From Magnetococcales bacterium (lineage in GTDB: Bacteria > Pseudomonadota > Magnetococcia > Magnetococcales > JADFYX01), in assembly GCA_015232365.1 (NCBI GenBank), contig JADFZU010000005.1, positions 19,683 through 83,682 of the forward strand: a DNA stretch of 64,000 nt, in the 5' to 3' direction. The notes beneath the pieces are model-generated. The model was not told where the DNA came from. It made no database searches and saw only the letters and a program-made list of their open reading frames with translations. Below, in pieces: positions 18,171 to 27,788 of the stretch. A program made the translations under genes and the position numbers. Position 1 is the first letter of the stretch, and each line of letters starts with the position of its first letter.

Positions 18171-18557
18171 ATGATAATGGACACAATTGGTGCTGAATTT
18201 GGCCGGAAAATACAAAGCTCTCTACAACAGCTATCTGAAGAGGCTCAGAGAGAGCGTCTAGAGTGTGCTGTTGCAATGTTTGATGGTTTGCGAGTTGTGC
18301 TTGCTGAGGAGGATCAGAGAGGTTCTCCTACTGGATACCTTACTGTTCAAGGCTGGACCAAGCTTCTGAATGGCTGGGATCAGAATATTCTTGGTGCTTC
18401 ATCTCGAAAGCTAAAGTATATGGTTGAGTTTGTTACTGAAGTTATGGGGCGAGAAGGGATGTATGCTCCACCTCTAGGGGTACTCTTCACAGAGATGAAA
18501 TCATTTTTGGAGAGTGCTGCAAAATCGCCTGGAGCAAATATTCAAGTTGCTGCTTGA
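18171..18557 (+). CDS. Hypothetical protein (128 aa, predicted helical, no recognisable domain)
   Basis: Follows the previous ORF by 60 nt; the alternative ATG at 18177 is equally plausible. A strong terminator at 18669-18719 ends the operon. Confidence 0.5.
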   Translation: MIMDTIGAEFGRKIQSSLQQLSEEAQRERLECAVAMFDGLRVVLAEEDQRGSPTGYLTVQGWTKLLNGWDQNILGASSRKLKYMVEFVTEVMGREGMYAPPLGVLFTEMKSFLESAAKSPGANIQVAA

Positions 18558-18568
18558 TATAGGTTAAA
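18550..18568. repeat. R1-family right-arm fragment overlapping the stop codon of the 18171-18557 ORF
   Basis: ctgcttgatataggttaaa matches 1153-1171 (ctgcttgatctaggttaaa) at 18/19 positions and resembles 3391-3410 (ctgccgaatataggttagaa). Confidence 0.5.
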
Positions 18569-18668
18569 TCAACTAACCAGCATATTTTATTAATTATTCT
18601 GGTTAGGATAGCAAAGCTTGTCTAGTGGAGTAAATCTATCTCAAGTAAATGTTGTGTTTTTGACGTTT

Positions 18669-18719
18669 ACAACAAAAAAAACCTGTTTCCATATTTTGGA
18701 AACAGGTTTTTTTTGTTGT
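18669..18719. terminator. Bidirectional rho-independent terminator
   Basis: acaacaaaaaaaacctgtttcc-atatttt-ggaaacaggttttttttgttgt: 9-bp stem cctgtttcc/ggaaacagg with symmetric A/T runs. Confidence 0.8.
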
Positions 18720-18780
18720 AAATGGTTGGTATATAATTGTTTTTATTGAATGGTACTAAATTTGCGTTAATAAACTTTAT

Positions 18781-19209
18781 TCAACACTGGACCCATGGCA
18801 GTTTATGGAACCGCCAGCCGTTAACACTGGAGCGATGATGGTTTTTATCTCTATCGCCTTCAAACCCTTCATCGACGTGGTAGACTTTTTTAAAACCATT
18901 TTCAATGAGGAAATTTCCGGCATCGATTGAGCGGTGACCAGATCTGCAGAGCAGAATTATAATTTGGTCTTTACGAGCGACTAATAGCATCTCCTTAAGA
19001 AAATCAGGGTTTAGCTCATAGTCGGGGGCATCTTGCCATGGAACATTAATAACTCCTGGTGGGCTGCCGACAAAGAAATGTTCAATTTCTGCCCTGATAT
19101 CAATAAAGGCCACATCTTTTGTCTGCACCATCTCATAGGCTTCATAAGGGGAAAGATGGGTTAGTTTTGCATTTGAAGGGCTGTGGGGAGCGGATGGTAT
19201 CATAGTCAT
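18781..19209 (-). CDS. Single-domain rhodanese-like sulfurtransferase
   Basis: Active-site loop LLCRSGHRS and rhodanese framing (FIDIRAEIE...G..PGVINVPW). Confidence 0.8.
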   Translation of the reverse strand: MTMIPSAPHSPSNAKLTHLSPYEAYEMVQTKDVAFIDIRAEIEHFFVGSPPGVINVPWQDAPDYELNPDFLKEMLLVARKDQIIILLCRSGHRSIDAGNFLIENGFKKVYHVDEGFEGDRDKNHHRSSVNGWRFHKLPWVQC

Positions 19210-19514
19210 ATCATCTTACTTCGAAATTTATTAAAGTGAAAGTATTTCAAAGGTTTATATAAAAGAGTGAAAAAAATTTGAGTTTCATTAAAAAAAATTG
19301 TCGAAACTTATCAAGATTCATGTCATTATCTGACTTTGACTGTTATTAAGATGACTGTTTCTACAATTTAGTTCTAGGTATTTTGTAAAATATCCAGGTA
19401 AAATGTTGGAGCTGAGTGATTACATACCGATAGTAGAGGGGATCGTTATGATAACAAAATCACAACTCGCAGACATACTATATCTCAACTTATGCCATAA
19501 AACTAAGAGATGAT

Positions 19515-20189
19515 ATGCTAGTTTCTAATAAACAACGTTCTAAACGCAAACAAAGCAAGCTGAATAGCAGAGGAAGGCAGTGGGCAGGTAAGCCGTCAAT
19601 TCTGGAAAATCAACATGTTCAGCGTCGAAACAAGAAAAGTGGCTGGAGTGGCGGTTCACATACAGAGTTTAAATCCGGTATGCGTAGTGCAAGCAGTTGG
19701 GGTTCTGAGCCTAAAGGCGGAGAGTGGCGTACCAGGTTTCTAGAGGGTGGTTTTGTTATTGCTGCAGGTCTTTCTGATGTTATAAAAAATGGAGTGGGAT
19801 ATCTGTTTAGCTTGGTTGGTGTAGGGCAGAGAGGGGACGATGATTCTGTTGTCATGCCAGGAAAAATTAATTTATTCGATGAGAACGGCTCTATCTTATC
19901 TGACCGGGTTGAACCAGAACTAGAACCAGGATATGATACCGACCAGAATCGGGAGTGGCTGCAGAGCAGTGCAGAGGCTCAAACAGATACAACTCTTGTA
20001 AGTCCTGGAGAGTTTTTACCACTTTCTGTTGAACAACCGCTATCCAATTCTGATCTACTCTGGGATAATATTGAGTGGAGTAAGATGAATTCTCAAGACC
20101 AACAAGAGATTGGGCTTGGCGAGGATGAGTTGGAAGATCAGGCTGGTGCTTTACGTTCCATGTTTTCAAATCGTGATACTGCCTCTTAG
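19515..20189 (+). CDS. Hypothetical protein: basic N-terminus, one hydrophobic segment, acidic C-terminus
   Basis: KQRSKRKQSKLNSRGR... N-terminus, hydrophobic GGFVIAAGLSDVIKNGVGYLFSLVGV and a D/E-rich tail. No recognisable domain; the start is uncertain. Confidence 0.35.
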   Translation: MLVSNKQRSKRKQSKLNSRGRQWAGKPSILENQHVQRRNKKSGWSGGSHTEFKSGMRSASSWGSEPKGGEWRTRFLEGGFVIAAGLSDVIKNGVGYLFSLVGVGQRGDDDSVVMPGKINLFDENGSILSDRVEPELEPGYDTDQNREWLQSSAEAQTDTTLVSPGEFLPLSVEQPLSNSDLLWDNIEWSKMNSQDQQEIGLGEDELEDQAGALRSMFSNRDTAS

Positions 20190-20291
20190 GCTTACCAACT
20201 AAAAATCCTTTCTTGATTCGTTTTTCTCCATTGGCAACCCTTGGATATTTTCTATAACCATCAGTTAAAATCCTGGGATTAATTGGTCAAT

Positions 20292-20335
20292 CTGGTTTCG
20301 GCAGTTGGGCGTACGTTAATGGTGCAACATATTGG
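20292..20335. repeat. Dispersed repeat family R1, half copy
   Basis: tttcggcagttgggcgtacgttaatggtgcaac aligns with the 3404-3360 reverse complement (attcggcagttggacgtgcattaatggcat) and with 3292-3325. Confidence 0.55.
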
Positions 20336-20467
20336 TTTGTCTGGTAAATCAGAAAAAATCGAATTAACCTTATTGGTGATGAGGCTTTTTCCTGGTTTTC
20401 CCGGTTCATCAAAATATTGTTCCAGTGACGCGGGAATGGTTGGCTTATCTATGGTCAGTAAGCCATT

Positions 20468-22384
20468 ATGAGTTCCAAGATCTTTAACGATGCACTACCT
20501 CCAGGATCAAAACTGCTCTGGTTTGAGATCATTAAAGTTCTTGGCAAGGGTGGTTTTGGAATCACCTATCTTGGCAAAGATACAAAGCAGGATAAGTTTG
20601 TTGCCATCAAAGAGTATCTACCTACAGCTTTTGCCTCTCGCACTGAGGATATGGAAGTGCGTCCCAACTCTCCAGGAGATGCTAAAACCTTTGAATGGGG
20701 GTTGGTGCGGTTTCTTAAAGAGGCACAAATTCTTGCCCGGTTTAAACACTCATCTATAGTTAGGGTAGTCAGCTTTTTCAGAGATAGCTCCACTGCCTAT
20801 ATGGTTATGGAGTATATTGAAGGTAATGGGTTGGATTATGTCTTGAAAAAGAGAAAAACCCTCTCTGAAGATTATATAAAACAGATTCTGCCGCCTCTTT
20901 TAGATGGTCTGCAGATGATGCACAGTGCCAACTTTATCCATCGAGATATTAAACCTCCCAATATCATGATACGTAAGGATGGCAGGCCGGTACTGCTGGA
21001 TTTTGGCTCTGCAAGGCAGTCTGTTGCTGGTCAGGGTGTGGAGATGACTAGCCTTTTGAGTATTGGTTACTCGCCGTTTGAACAGTATGATTCGTCAGGT
21101 GACCGCCAAGGAGCTTGGTCTGATATATATGCTCTGAGCGGTGTGCTCTATCGGGCAATAACAGGTAAAAAACCCCCTGATGCTTCCCAAAGAATAGCCG
21201 CTCGTCTTCGAAGTGATCCCGATCCAATGCTCAGTGCTGTTGAAATGGGAGCCGGTCGCTATGACGAGTCATTTTTAAAGGCAATTGATCACGCTTTAAT
21301 GGTTCTGGAGACTGAGCGCCCCCAATCTATTGCCGAGTGGAGGGTGGAGTTGTTCGGTGCTGTCAAAGATTTAAAGCCAGCACCGGCTTCAAAGTCAGCA
21401 TATACATCTGCTGGTTCCAAAGTTGGAACTCCCAAGAAGAGAAAAAAAAGTAGCTGGCGAAGTTTTATAGCTTCGGTTAGTGAGTTGGGCGGTAATCAAG
21501 AAAATAGAGAGAGCATTACTGCTATTTGTAAGGATGGTATCACTCCTGTAAAGGGTGATGTGAAACGCAAAGTTTCTGTTGCGGCAGATAAAAACCCCCA
21601 ATCTGAGCCTACCCCTGTCTTAGTCGTATCCAAGCCGGAAAAAGAGCAAACTTTAAAAGCAGACGGCAACTGGATTGAGCAGAAAACTAAAATGGAGTTT
21701 ATCTGGGTTCCCGCTGGGAAGTTTATGATGGGGTCCAGAGAGAAAGAGCCTGGACATAAGCCATCTGAAGGGCCGGTGCATGAGGTAGAGTTGGACGGTT
21801 TTTGGTTTGGGAAATATCCTGTTACCTGGGAGCAGTGGCGACAGGTTATGGGAAACTATCCCAGCGGGTTGTTTGATCCGGTCAAAGCTAAACATCCGGT
21901 TGAGCGGGTCAGTTTTTCTGCGATAAATAAATTTTTAAGCCGTTTTTCCAATATTGGGGATGGAGAGAACATCTATCGACTTCCAACAGAGGCGGAGTGG
22001 GAGTATTCCGTTCGTTGCGGAACCAATAACCTCTTCCATTTTAAGGGTGGATCTAAGGAGTTGGCCACTTATGCGTGGTACAAAACCAACAGCGAAGGTG
22101 GAACCCACCCAGTTGGCGAAAAACAGCCCAACAAGTGGGGTTTCCACGACCTGATGGGTAACGTATGGGAGTGGGTTTCAGACTGGTATGGGCAAGATTT
22201 TTATAAAATCAGTCCGGCAAAAAACCCTGTTGGTAAAATGGATGAGAGTAAAAAAAGAGCACTCCGTGGTGGGAGTTGGGCCAGTCCCCCCAAAGAGTGC
22301 CGCTCCGCCAATCGCCAAGGGGTCTCAGAAAAGATAAAAAACAGTATGATTGGTTTTCGGGTGGTTCGGGTTAAACGTAGATAG
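20468..22384 (+). CDS. Ser/Thr protein kinase fused to a C-terminal formylglycine-generating-enzyme (FGE/SUMF1-like) domain
   Basis: Kinase: GKGGFGITY, VAIKE, HRDIKPPNIMI, DFGSAR, GYSPFEQ. C-terminal domain: MEFIWVPAGKFMMGS, YPVTWEQW, LPTEAEWEY, GNVWEWVSDWY, RGGSW....RSANR. Confidence 0.9.
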   Translation: MSSKIFNDALPPGSKLLWFEIIKVLGKGGFGITYLGKDTKQDKFVAIKEYLPTAFASRTEDMEVRPNSPGDAKTFEWGLVRFLKEAQILARFKHSSIVRVVSFFRDSSTAYMVMEYIEGNGLDYVLKKRKTLSEDYIKQILPPLLDGLQMMHSANFIHRDIKPPNIMIRKDGRPVLLDFGSARQSVAGQGVEMTSLLSIGYSPFEQYDSSGDRQGAWSDIYALSGVLYRAITGKKPPDASQRIAARLRSDPDPMLSAVEMGAGRYDESFLKAIDHALMVLETERPQSIAEWRVELFGAVKDLKPAPASKSAYTSAGSKVGTPKKRKKSSWRSFIASVSELGGNQENRESITAICKDGITPVKGDVKRKVSVAADKNPQSEPTPVLVVSKPEKEQTLKADGNWIEQKTKMEFIWVPAGKFMMGSREKEPGHKPSEGPVHEVELDGFWFGKYPVTWEQWRQVMGNYPSGLFDPVKAKHPVERVSFSAINKFLSRFSNIGDGENIYRLPTEAEWEYSVRCGTNNLFHFKGGSKELATYAWYKTNSEGGTHPVGEKQPNKWGFHDLMGNVWEWVSDWYGQDFYKISPAKNPVGKMDESKKRALRGGSWASPPKECRSANRQGVSEKIKNSMIGFRVVRVKRR

Positions 22385-22530
22385 ATTGCTTATTATTTAC
22401 GCAACATATAAAGCAAAACGCCTGAATTTTAGGCGTTAAGCACAATTCTTGAGCAGTAGCAGCCGTTTTTTTTCCTCTATAGTTTGTAATAATCCTGAAA
22501 AATTGATCATTATTCGAAAGTTAAAATTGC

Positions 22531-22546
22531 TGGCGTTCGTTTTGCA
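22531..22546 (+). promoter_or_regulatory. Sigma-54 (-24/-12) promoter candidate for amt
   Basis: TGGCgttcgttTTGCa has exact GG-N10-GC spacing and lies about 80 nt upstream of ATG 22628. This is consistent with NtrC/sigma-54 control of ammonium transporters. Confidence 0.55.
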
Positions 22547-22627
22547 GTTCATGGCAGAGACTAAACCTAAATTCTGCGGTTAAAAGAATCTAAATATCTG
22601 CTGATGACTTCAAGGGAATATCTGTAA

Positions 22628-23917
22628 ATGAAGTTTGTTATATCACTACTGACAGTTTTATTATTGCCTGCTGCCGTTTTTGCAGATGACGGTTCTGGTT
22701 TGAATATGGCTAATACTGCCTGGATCTTAACGGCAACAGCTTTGGTGCTTTTCATGACTTTGCCTGGTTTGGCTCTCTTTTATGGCGGGCTGGTCAGAAC
22801 CAAAAATATTTTATCAATCATGATGCAGTGTTTTGCTATTAGCTGTCTGGTCTCCATACTCTGGTTTGCTTTTGTCTATAGTCTGGCGTTTGGTGATGGT
22901 GGCTCTTTGAACGGTATCATCGGCGGTCTTGAGAAGAGTTTTATGATGGGAGTTACTACGGATAGTCTTTCCGGTGATATTCCTGAGACAGTTTTTGCCA
23001 TGTTCCAGATGACCTTTGCGATTATTACCCCGGCTTTGGTAGTTGGTGGTTTTGCTGAGCGGATGAAATTTTCTGCTGTAATGCTTTTTACCGCTTTATG
23101 GATGGTTCTTGTTTACGCACCTATCTGTCATTGGGTATGGGGTGGAGGATGGCTGGCAGAGATGGGGTTTCGTGATTTTGCAGGTGGATCTGTAGTTCAT
23201 ATCAATGCTGGTATGGCCGCTCTAGTTGCTGTTATTGTTATGGGTAACCGGAAAGGTTTTCCTAAAACCCCAATGATGCCTCACAACATGACCATGGTCT
23301 TTACTGGTGCTTCCATGTTATGGGTAGGTTGGTACGGATTTAACGCTGGTAGTGCCCTATCGGCTAACGGCTCTGCAGGAATGGCAATGCTTGTTACCCA
23401 TCTTGGGGCAGCATCTGGCTCAATGGCCTGGATGACTATGGAGTGGGTTCGTCATGGTAAACCCAGTCTTTTGGGTATCGTGACCGGAATGGTTGCCGGA
23501 TTGGGAACAATAACTCCGGCCTCTGGTTATGTTGGGCCTGTTGGTGGTATTGTGATCGGATTTATTGCTGGTGTGGTCTGTTATCTTGCTACCCAGCATC
23601 TTAAACAGAAGCTTCAGATTGATGACTCTCTTGATGTATCCCCGGTTCACGGGGTTGGCGGTATAGTTGGAACTCTTCTTACTGCGGTATTTGCAGCCCC
23701 ATTTTTTGGCGGATTAGGCTTTGATGAGGGGAGTGGAATGGCCTCACAATTTACTGTTCAGATGATTGGAGTAACAGCCACCATTGTTTGGAGTGGAATT
23801 CTGTCTTACATTATCTTCAAAATTGTTGATGATATGGTCGGTTTACGGGTAACAGCCGACGAAGAGACCGAGGGTCTTGATTTGGTTCTCCATGATGAAA
23901 GAGGTTACAATATGTAA
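22628..23917 (+). CDS. amt: Ammonium transporter (Amt family)
   Basis: Signal peptide plus 11 TM helices. Motifs: AWILTATALVLFMT.PGLALFYGG, DFAGGSVVHINAG, WYGFNAGS, VHGVGGIVGTLL. Confidence 0.95.
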   Translation: MKFVISLLTVLLLPAAVFADDGSGLNMANTAWILTATALVLFMTLPGLALFYGGLVRTKNILSIMMQCFAISCLVSILWFAFVYSLAFGDGGSLNGIIGGLEKSFMMGVTTDSLSGDIPETVFAMFQMTFAIITPALVVGGFAERMKFSAVMLFTALWMVLVYAPICHWVWGGGWLAEMGFRDFAGGSVVHINAGMAALVAVIVMGNRKGFPKTPMMPHNMTMVFTGASMLWVGWYGFNAGSALSANGSAGMAMLVTHLGAASGSMAWMTMEWVRHGKPSLLGIVTGMVAGLGTITPASGYVGPVGGIVIGFIAGVVCYLATQHLKQKLQIDDSLDVSPVHGVGGIVGTLLTAVFAAPFFGGLGFDEGSGMASQFTVQMIGVTATIVWSGILSYIIFKIVDDMVGLRVTADEETEGLDLVLHDERGYNM

Positions 23918-24007
23918 TTCGAAAACATTTTTTACTAATCAATTCGTCGGATATTTTAAGTTGAGTATCCAGGCAATAACTTATCACTTTGCTAAAAAGG
24001 ATTTATA

Positions 24008-25429
24008 ATGTCAGACCAAGCAGCCGTAAAAAAAACGTTGGATATGATCAAAGAGAATGACGTTCATTTTGTCGATTTTCGTTTCACAGATTTTCATGGT
24101 AAATGGCAGCATATCACAGCACCAGCTACCCAGGTTGATGAAGACTCTTTTGTAAACGGATTTGGTTTTGATGGTTCATCCATAGCTGGTTGGTGTGTTA
24201 TTGACCAGTCAGATATGGTCTACATGCCTGATGCCTCAACCGCTACGATGGACCCGTTTACCGATGTGCCAACTATCATAATTATTTGTGATATTGTTGA
24301 TCCATTCACTGGCGAAGGTTATGCTCGAGATCCGCGTGCTGTTGCCAAGCGTGCTAAAGAATACTTGAAGTTTACCGGCGTTGGCGATCAAGTGTTGATC
24401 GGCCCGGAAGCTGAGTTTTTTATCTTTGACTCAGCCCGTTTTGGTACAGGAATCAACTTTGCATCCGTAGAGCTTGACTCAGAAGAGGGTGTCTGGAACT
24501 CCACCACCGATTATGAAGATGGTAACATGGGGCACCGTCCTGGTGTTAAAGGCGGCTACTTTCCTACTGCTCCAGTAGACTCACTACACGACCTTCGTTC
24601 TGAAATGTGCATGGTGATGGAAGATATGGGTATCACCATTGAGTTCCACCATCATGAGGTTGCCACAGCAGGTCAGTGTGAAATCGACATGAAGTATGGC
24701 GATTTGCTGAAAATGGCTGATGATATCCAAAGGTATAAATATGTGGTCCATAATGTTGCTCATGCAGCAGGCAAAACAGCGACATTTATGCCAAAACCTC
24801 TTGCTGGTGATAACGGTTCTGGTATGCACACCCATATCTCCATTTGGAAAAATGGCAAGCCTGTATTTGCAGGCAACCAATATGCTGACCTCTCTGAAGA
24901 GGCTCTATATTTTATCGGCGGCATCAAAAAACATGCTCGTGCCCTCAACGCTTTTACCAACTCTTCAACTAACTCATACAAACGGTTGATTCCAGGTTTT
25001 GAAGCTCCAGTTTTGTTGGCTCATTCAGCACGCAACCGTTCTGCTAGTATTCGGATTCCTGCAGCTAGCAACCCGGCAGCAAAGCGTTGTGAGGTCCGTT
25101 TTCCAGATCCAACTGCCAACCCATACATGTGTTTCGCTGCCATCATGATGGCAGGTTTGGACGGAATTCAAAACAAGATTGATCCTGGTGCACCAATGGA
25201 TAAAAATCTTTACGATTTGCCACCAGAAGAGCTGGCAGGTATTCCAACCGTGTGTGGTTCATTACGGGAAGCGTTGGCAGCATTGAGTGCCGACCGTGAG
25301 TTTTTGACTCAAGGCGAAGTATTCAGCGATGATCTTATTGATGCTTGGATTGATCTGAAGATGGATGAAATTCATAAAGTTGAGCATACACCGCATCCTG
25401 CTGAGTTTGAGATGTACTATAGCGTTTAA
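24008..25429 (+). CDS. glnA: Glutamine synthetase type I (with the adenylylation-site motif)
   Basis: [41 protein letters not shown] and NLYDLPPEE (adenylylatable Tyr). Confidence 0.97.
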   Translation: MSDQAAVKKTLDMIKENDVHFVDFRFTDFHGKWQHITAPATQVDEDSFVNGFGFDGSSIAGWCVIDQSDMVYMPDASTATMDPFTDVPTIIIICDIVDPFTGEGYARDPRAVAKRAKEYLKFTGVGDQVLIGPEAEFFIFDSARFGTGINFASVELDSEEGVWNSTTDYEDGNMGHRPGVKGGYFPTAPVDSLHDLRSEMCMVMEDMGITIEFHHHEVATAGQCEIDMKYGDLLKMADDIQRYKYVVHNVAHAAGKTATFMPKPLAGDNGSGMHTHISIWKNGKPVFAGNQYADLSEEALYFIGGIKKHARALNAFTNSSTNSYKRLIPGFEAPVLLAHSARNRSASIRIPAASNPAAKRCEVRFPDPTANPYMCFAAIMMAGLDGIQNKIDPGAPMDKNLYDLPPEELAGIPTVCGSLREALAALSADREFLTQGEVFSDDLIDAWIDLKMDEIHKVEHTPHPAEFEMYYSV

Positions 25430-25460
25430 TCAGCACTATTTTTTCAAATTTAGTTTAATA

Positions 25461-25495
25461 AAAAAGGCCATCTGCACTGCAGGTGGCCTTTTTTG
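25461..25495 (+). terminator. Rho-independent terminator after glnA
   Basis: aaaaaggccatctgca-ctgcaggtggccttttttg. Confidence 0.75.
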
Positions 25496-25588
25496 CTTAT
25501 GCTGGGATACCTTTTTGACGATTAATATTGGAAATAGAGTTGATGGTTACTGCAGCTTACAGTAAAAAAATCTACTAACACCTATGAG

Positions 25589-26122
25589 ATGATACGGGAG
25601 ACAGGTGTGGGGCAATATTTAGATCCTGAAGGTTGGTTGTCCTTTGACGATTATATGCATGGGGTAAGGCGGGAGGTTGTTGACAAACAGCCAGTTGCCA
25701 AGCGGCTCTCGATGCCAGATGAGCCTGAAAGCTGGGTTTCAGAACAGGATTATTATGTAAATAATGTTCGCAGGTCAATTCCTAAACCAAGTCCAGAGTC
25801 TTATATAGAGTGTCTTAGACCGGCCGGTCCTGAAGAACATTATGTTGCACCGCCAGAGGCAAGTATAACCATGATTGAGGCGATAGATGAAGTTATGGCT
25901 CCGACCAAAAGTCTAGAGTTGGCATCGCGACTTATGATGATGGCTAGAGAGGATCAGCGAGAGTGTGATGCCGGTTTGATTGAGCCGGAAGAGTTGGAGC
26001 GTCGCCGGATTGCCGCAAGCATCATTCAAGAGAATCATAACCGCCGGGCACAACGAATTGCCGATTGGTATCTTGAGAACTATTTCCGGGCTTTTGAAAC
26101 TCCAGAATCCGAAGATAATTAA
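25589..26122 (+). CDS. Hypothetical acidic protein (177 aa)
   Basis: ORF only, with no recognisable domain. The start is uncertain (weak RBS). The next ORF follows 12 nt downstream. Confidence 0.4.
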   Translation: MIRETGVGQYLDPEGWLSFDDYMHGVRREVVDKQPVAKRLSMPDEPESWVSEQDYYVNNVRRSIPKPSPESYIECLRPAGPEEHYVAPPEASITMIEAIDEVMAPTKSLELASRLMMMAREDQRECDAGLIEPEELERRRIAASIIQENHNRRAQRIADWYLENYFRAFETPESEDN

Positions 26123-26134
26123 CTTGGCTATTTC

Positions 26135-27037
26135 ATGAAGCAGAACATTTTTCTGAGCTTTTTCGTAGGGGCCTTGCTCTCTATATCCATATGTATATCA
26201 CCAGGCTTGCTCTGGGCAAATAGAGGCTCTGTAGCTGATCTGGTTTCTGAGTTGGACTCTCTAATAGAGAGTGTAGACAGCTCCAAACTAGCAACTCCTG
26301 CCTTTATTATCGAAGTTAAAAAAATCCTTAAAAAATATCGACCAGCTATACAGTATAAGCTCCTTGTCGATACATTTTCCGATGGCAATTTTACCCATAA
26401 CCCAGAGTGGAAGGTTCTGCGGGGTATCTTTCGGGTTGACGGTAACGGTGCACTTCTATCTACAACTGGTGTGAGTGATGACAGCTTGAAGATGCAAAAA
26501 GGCGGGGTAGTTGCTAAAAAGAGTGCCCAGAATAATGAGATCGGTCAAATTATGGGGCTGATGCAGGTTCTATCAGGAGAGGGGAAAACAGCTAAACCTA
26601 CCAATAAGATTAAACGCTCTATCATATACAGCAATGTTCAAACTCCCAACAGTTTTGACCTCTCTCTCTCTTTTCGTTCAGGTCATGAACAAGGTCATGG
26701 TGAGGTTGGCTTGTTTGTAGATAACCCCCAGAAGACCGGATACCGTCTGTTGCTTTCTGCCGACCCAATGGTTAGCCAATCTATATCCTTGATCCGTTAT
26801 GTGCGGGGACGGTCACAGGTGTTGCGTGGCAGTGGTGGAATCTATCTTGGCAACGGCTTGAGCCACCAGATTAGGTGGCGGCGGCTGGAGAGTGGAATGA
26901 TGAGTGTATGGGTTGATGGGGTTGAAATGCTAAGGGTTCGAGATGCCAGCCTATGGAACGGTTTTTCTGGATTGGTTCTAGTCAATGACCGTGGTGAGTT
27001 TGCTTTTGATAATATATCGTTGCAATCTATAGAATAA
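26135..27037 (+). CDS. Secreted hypothetical protein, possibly concanavalin-A/LamG-like (DUF1080-like) fold
   Basis: Signal peptide MKQNIFLSFFVGALLSISICISPGLLWA. DTFSDGNFTHNPEWKVLRGIFRVDGNGALL near the start of the domain and GEFAFDNISL at the end are reminiscent of DUF1080/LamG jelly-roll proteins. Confidence 0.45.
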   Translation: MKQNIFLSFFVGALLSISICISPGLLWANRGSVADLVSELDSLIESVDSSKLATPAFIIEVKKILKKYRPAIQYKLLVDTFSDGNFTHNPEWKVLRGIFRVDGNGALLSTTGVSDDSLKMQKGGVVAKKSAQNNEIGQIMGLMQVLSGEGKTAKPTNKIKRSIIYSNVQTPNSFDLSLSFRSGHEQGHGEVGLFVDNPQKTGYRLLLSADPMVSQSISLIRYVRGRSQVLRGSGGIYLGNGLSHQIRWRRLESGMMSVWVDGVEMLRVRDASLWNGFSGLVLVNDRGEFAFDNISLQSIE

Positions 27038-27776
27038 TTTTCAGAAGATCTTCGGCCAGGGTAATTGGTCCAGAGTAGTGTTTGGCACACTCAGCAGCTC
27101 GGAGGCTATCTGGACCATTGATTGGGTAAAAGTGGGTTGGTACCAGATGTTTTACCTGTGCCTGCTGGGCTACCTGACCAGCTTCTAGAGCTGAGAGATG
27201 TCCGGGTATTTTTCCTTCTGCAAGTGTTGAGCAGTCGCAAACCAGCAGATCGGTTTTTTTTGCAAGGGTAATGATATCTTGGTCAAGATCGCAATCTCCT
27301 GAAAAAACAGCAGATTTACCATACTCATCAAAACGGTAAGCAAGGCTTTTAAAGTTTTTCGAGTGGACTGTGTTGCAAGTTGTGATGGTAAGGCTACCCA
27401 GGCGCCATTTAACCGGAGCCTCTTTGATGAAAAATGGAAACTTTGTTGGTGGAGTGACAACAGGCCGGATAATATTGTTGAAAAAATTGATAAAATTTTC
27501 TGGGCCGTAGATGTGAAAAGGTTTGCTGCGTTGGAGGGTTGGCAGACGAAAAGCGTGGACCATAGAGGTTAGGTCGCCTATATGGTCACTGTGGCTGTGG
27601 GTGATAAATAGAGCATCAATTTCACTAAAGCTGGTTTTGTTATGCTCCAACTGGCGTAAAATACCACTGCCACAGTCTATTAGATAGTTTTTGTTTGTAG
27701 CTTGTAAAAGATAACCAGAGGCACAACGTTCAACGGATGGAATTCCAGTACCACTGCCTAAAATAGTAATACGCAT
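27027..27776 (-). CDS. MBL-fold metallo-hydrolase (RNase Z / beta-lactamase superfamily)
   Basis: MRITILGSGTGIP, the HSHSDH zinc motif, and later FSGD and THF. Confidence 0.85.
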   Translation of the reverse strand: MRITILGSGTGIPSVERCASGYLLQATNKNYLIDCGSGILRQLEHNKTSFSEIDALFITHSHSDHIGDLTSMVHAFRLPTLQRSKPFHIYGPENFINFFNNIIRPVVTPPTKFPFFIKEAPVKWRLGSLTITTCNTVHSKNFKSLAYRFDEYGKSAVFSGDCDLDQDIITLAKKTDLLVCDCSTLAEGKIPGHLSALEAGQVAQQAQVKHLVPTHFYPINGPDSLRAAECAKHYSGPITLAEDLLKIIL

Positions 27777-27788
27777 AGTGTTGGTTGT

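Noticed and set aside
20283-20471. 62-aa ORF whose stop overlaps the kinase ATG (ATGA)
   Set aside because: Non-ATG start, no RBS, and it contains an R1 repeat copy. It may be spurious, so it is mentioned in the kinase finding but not called as a gene.
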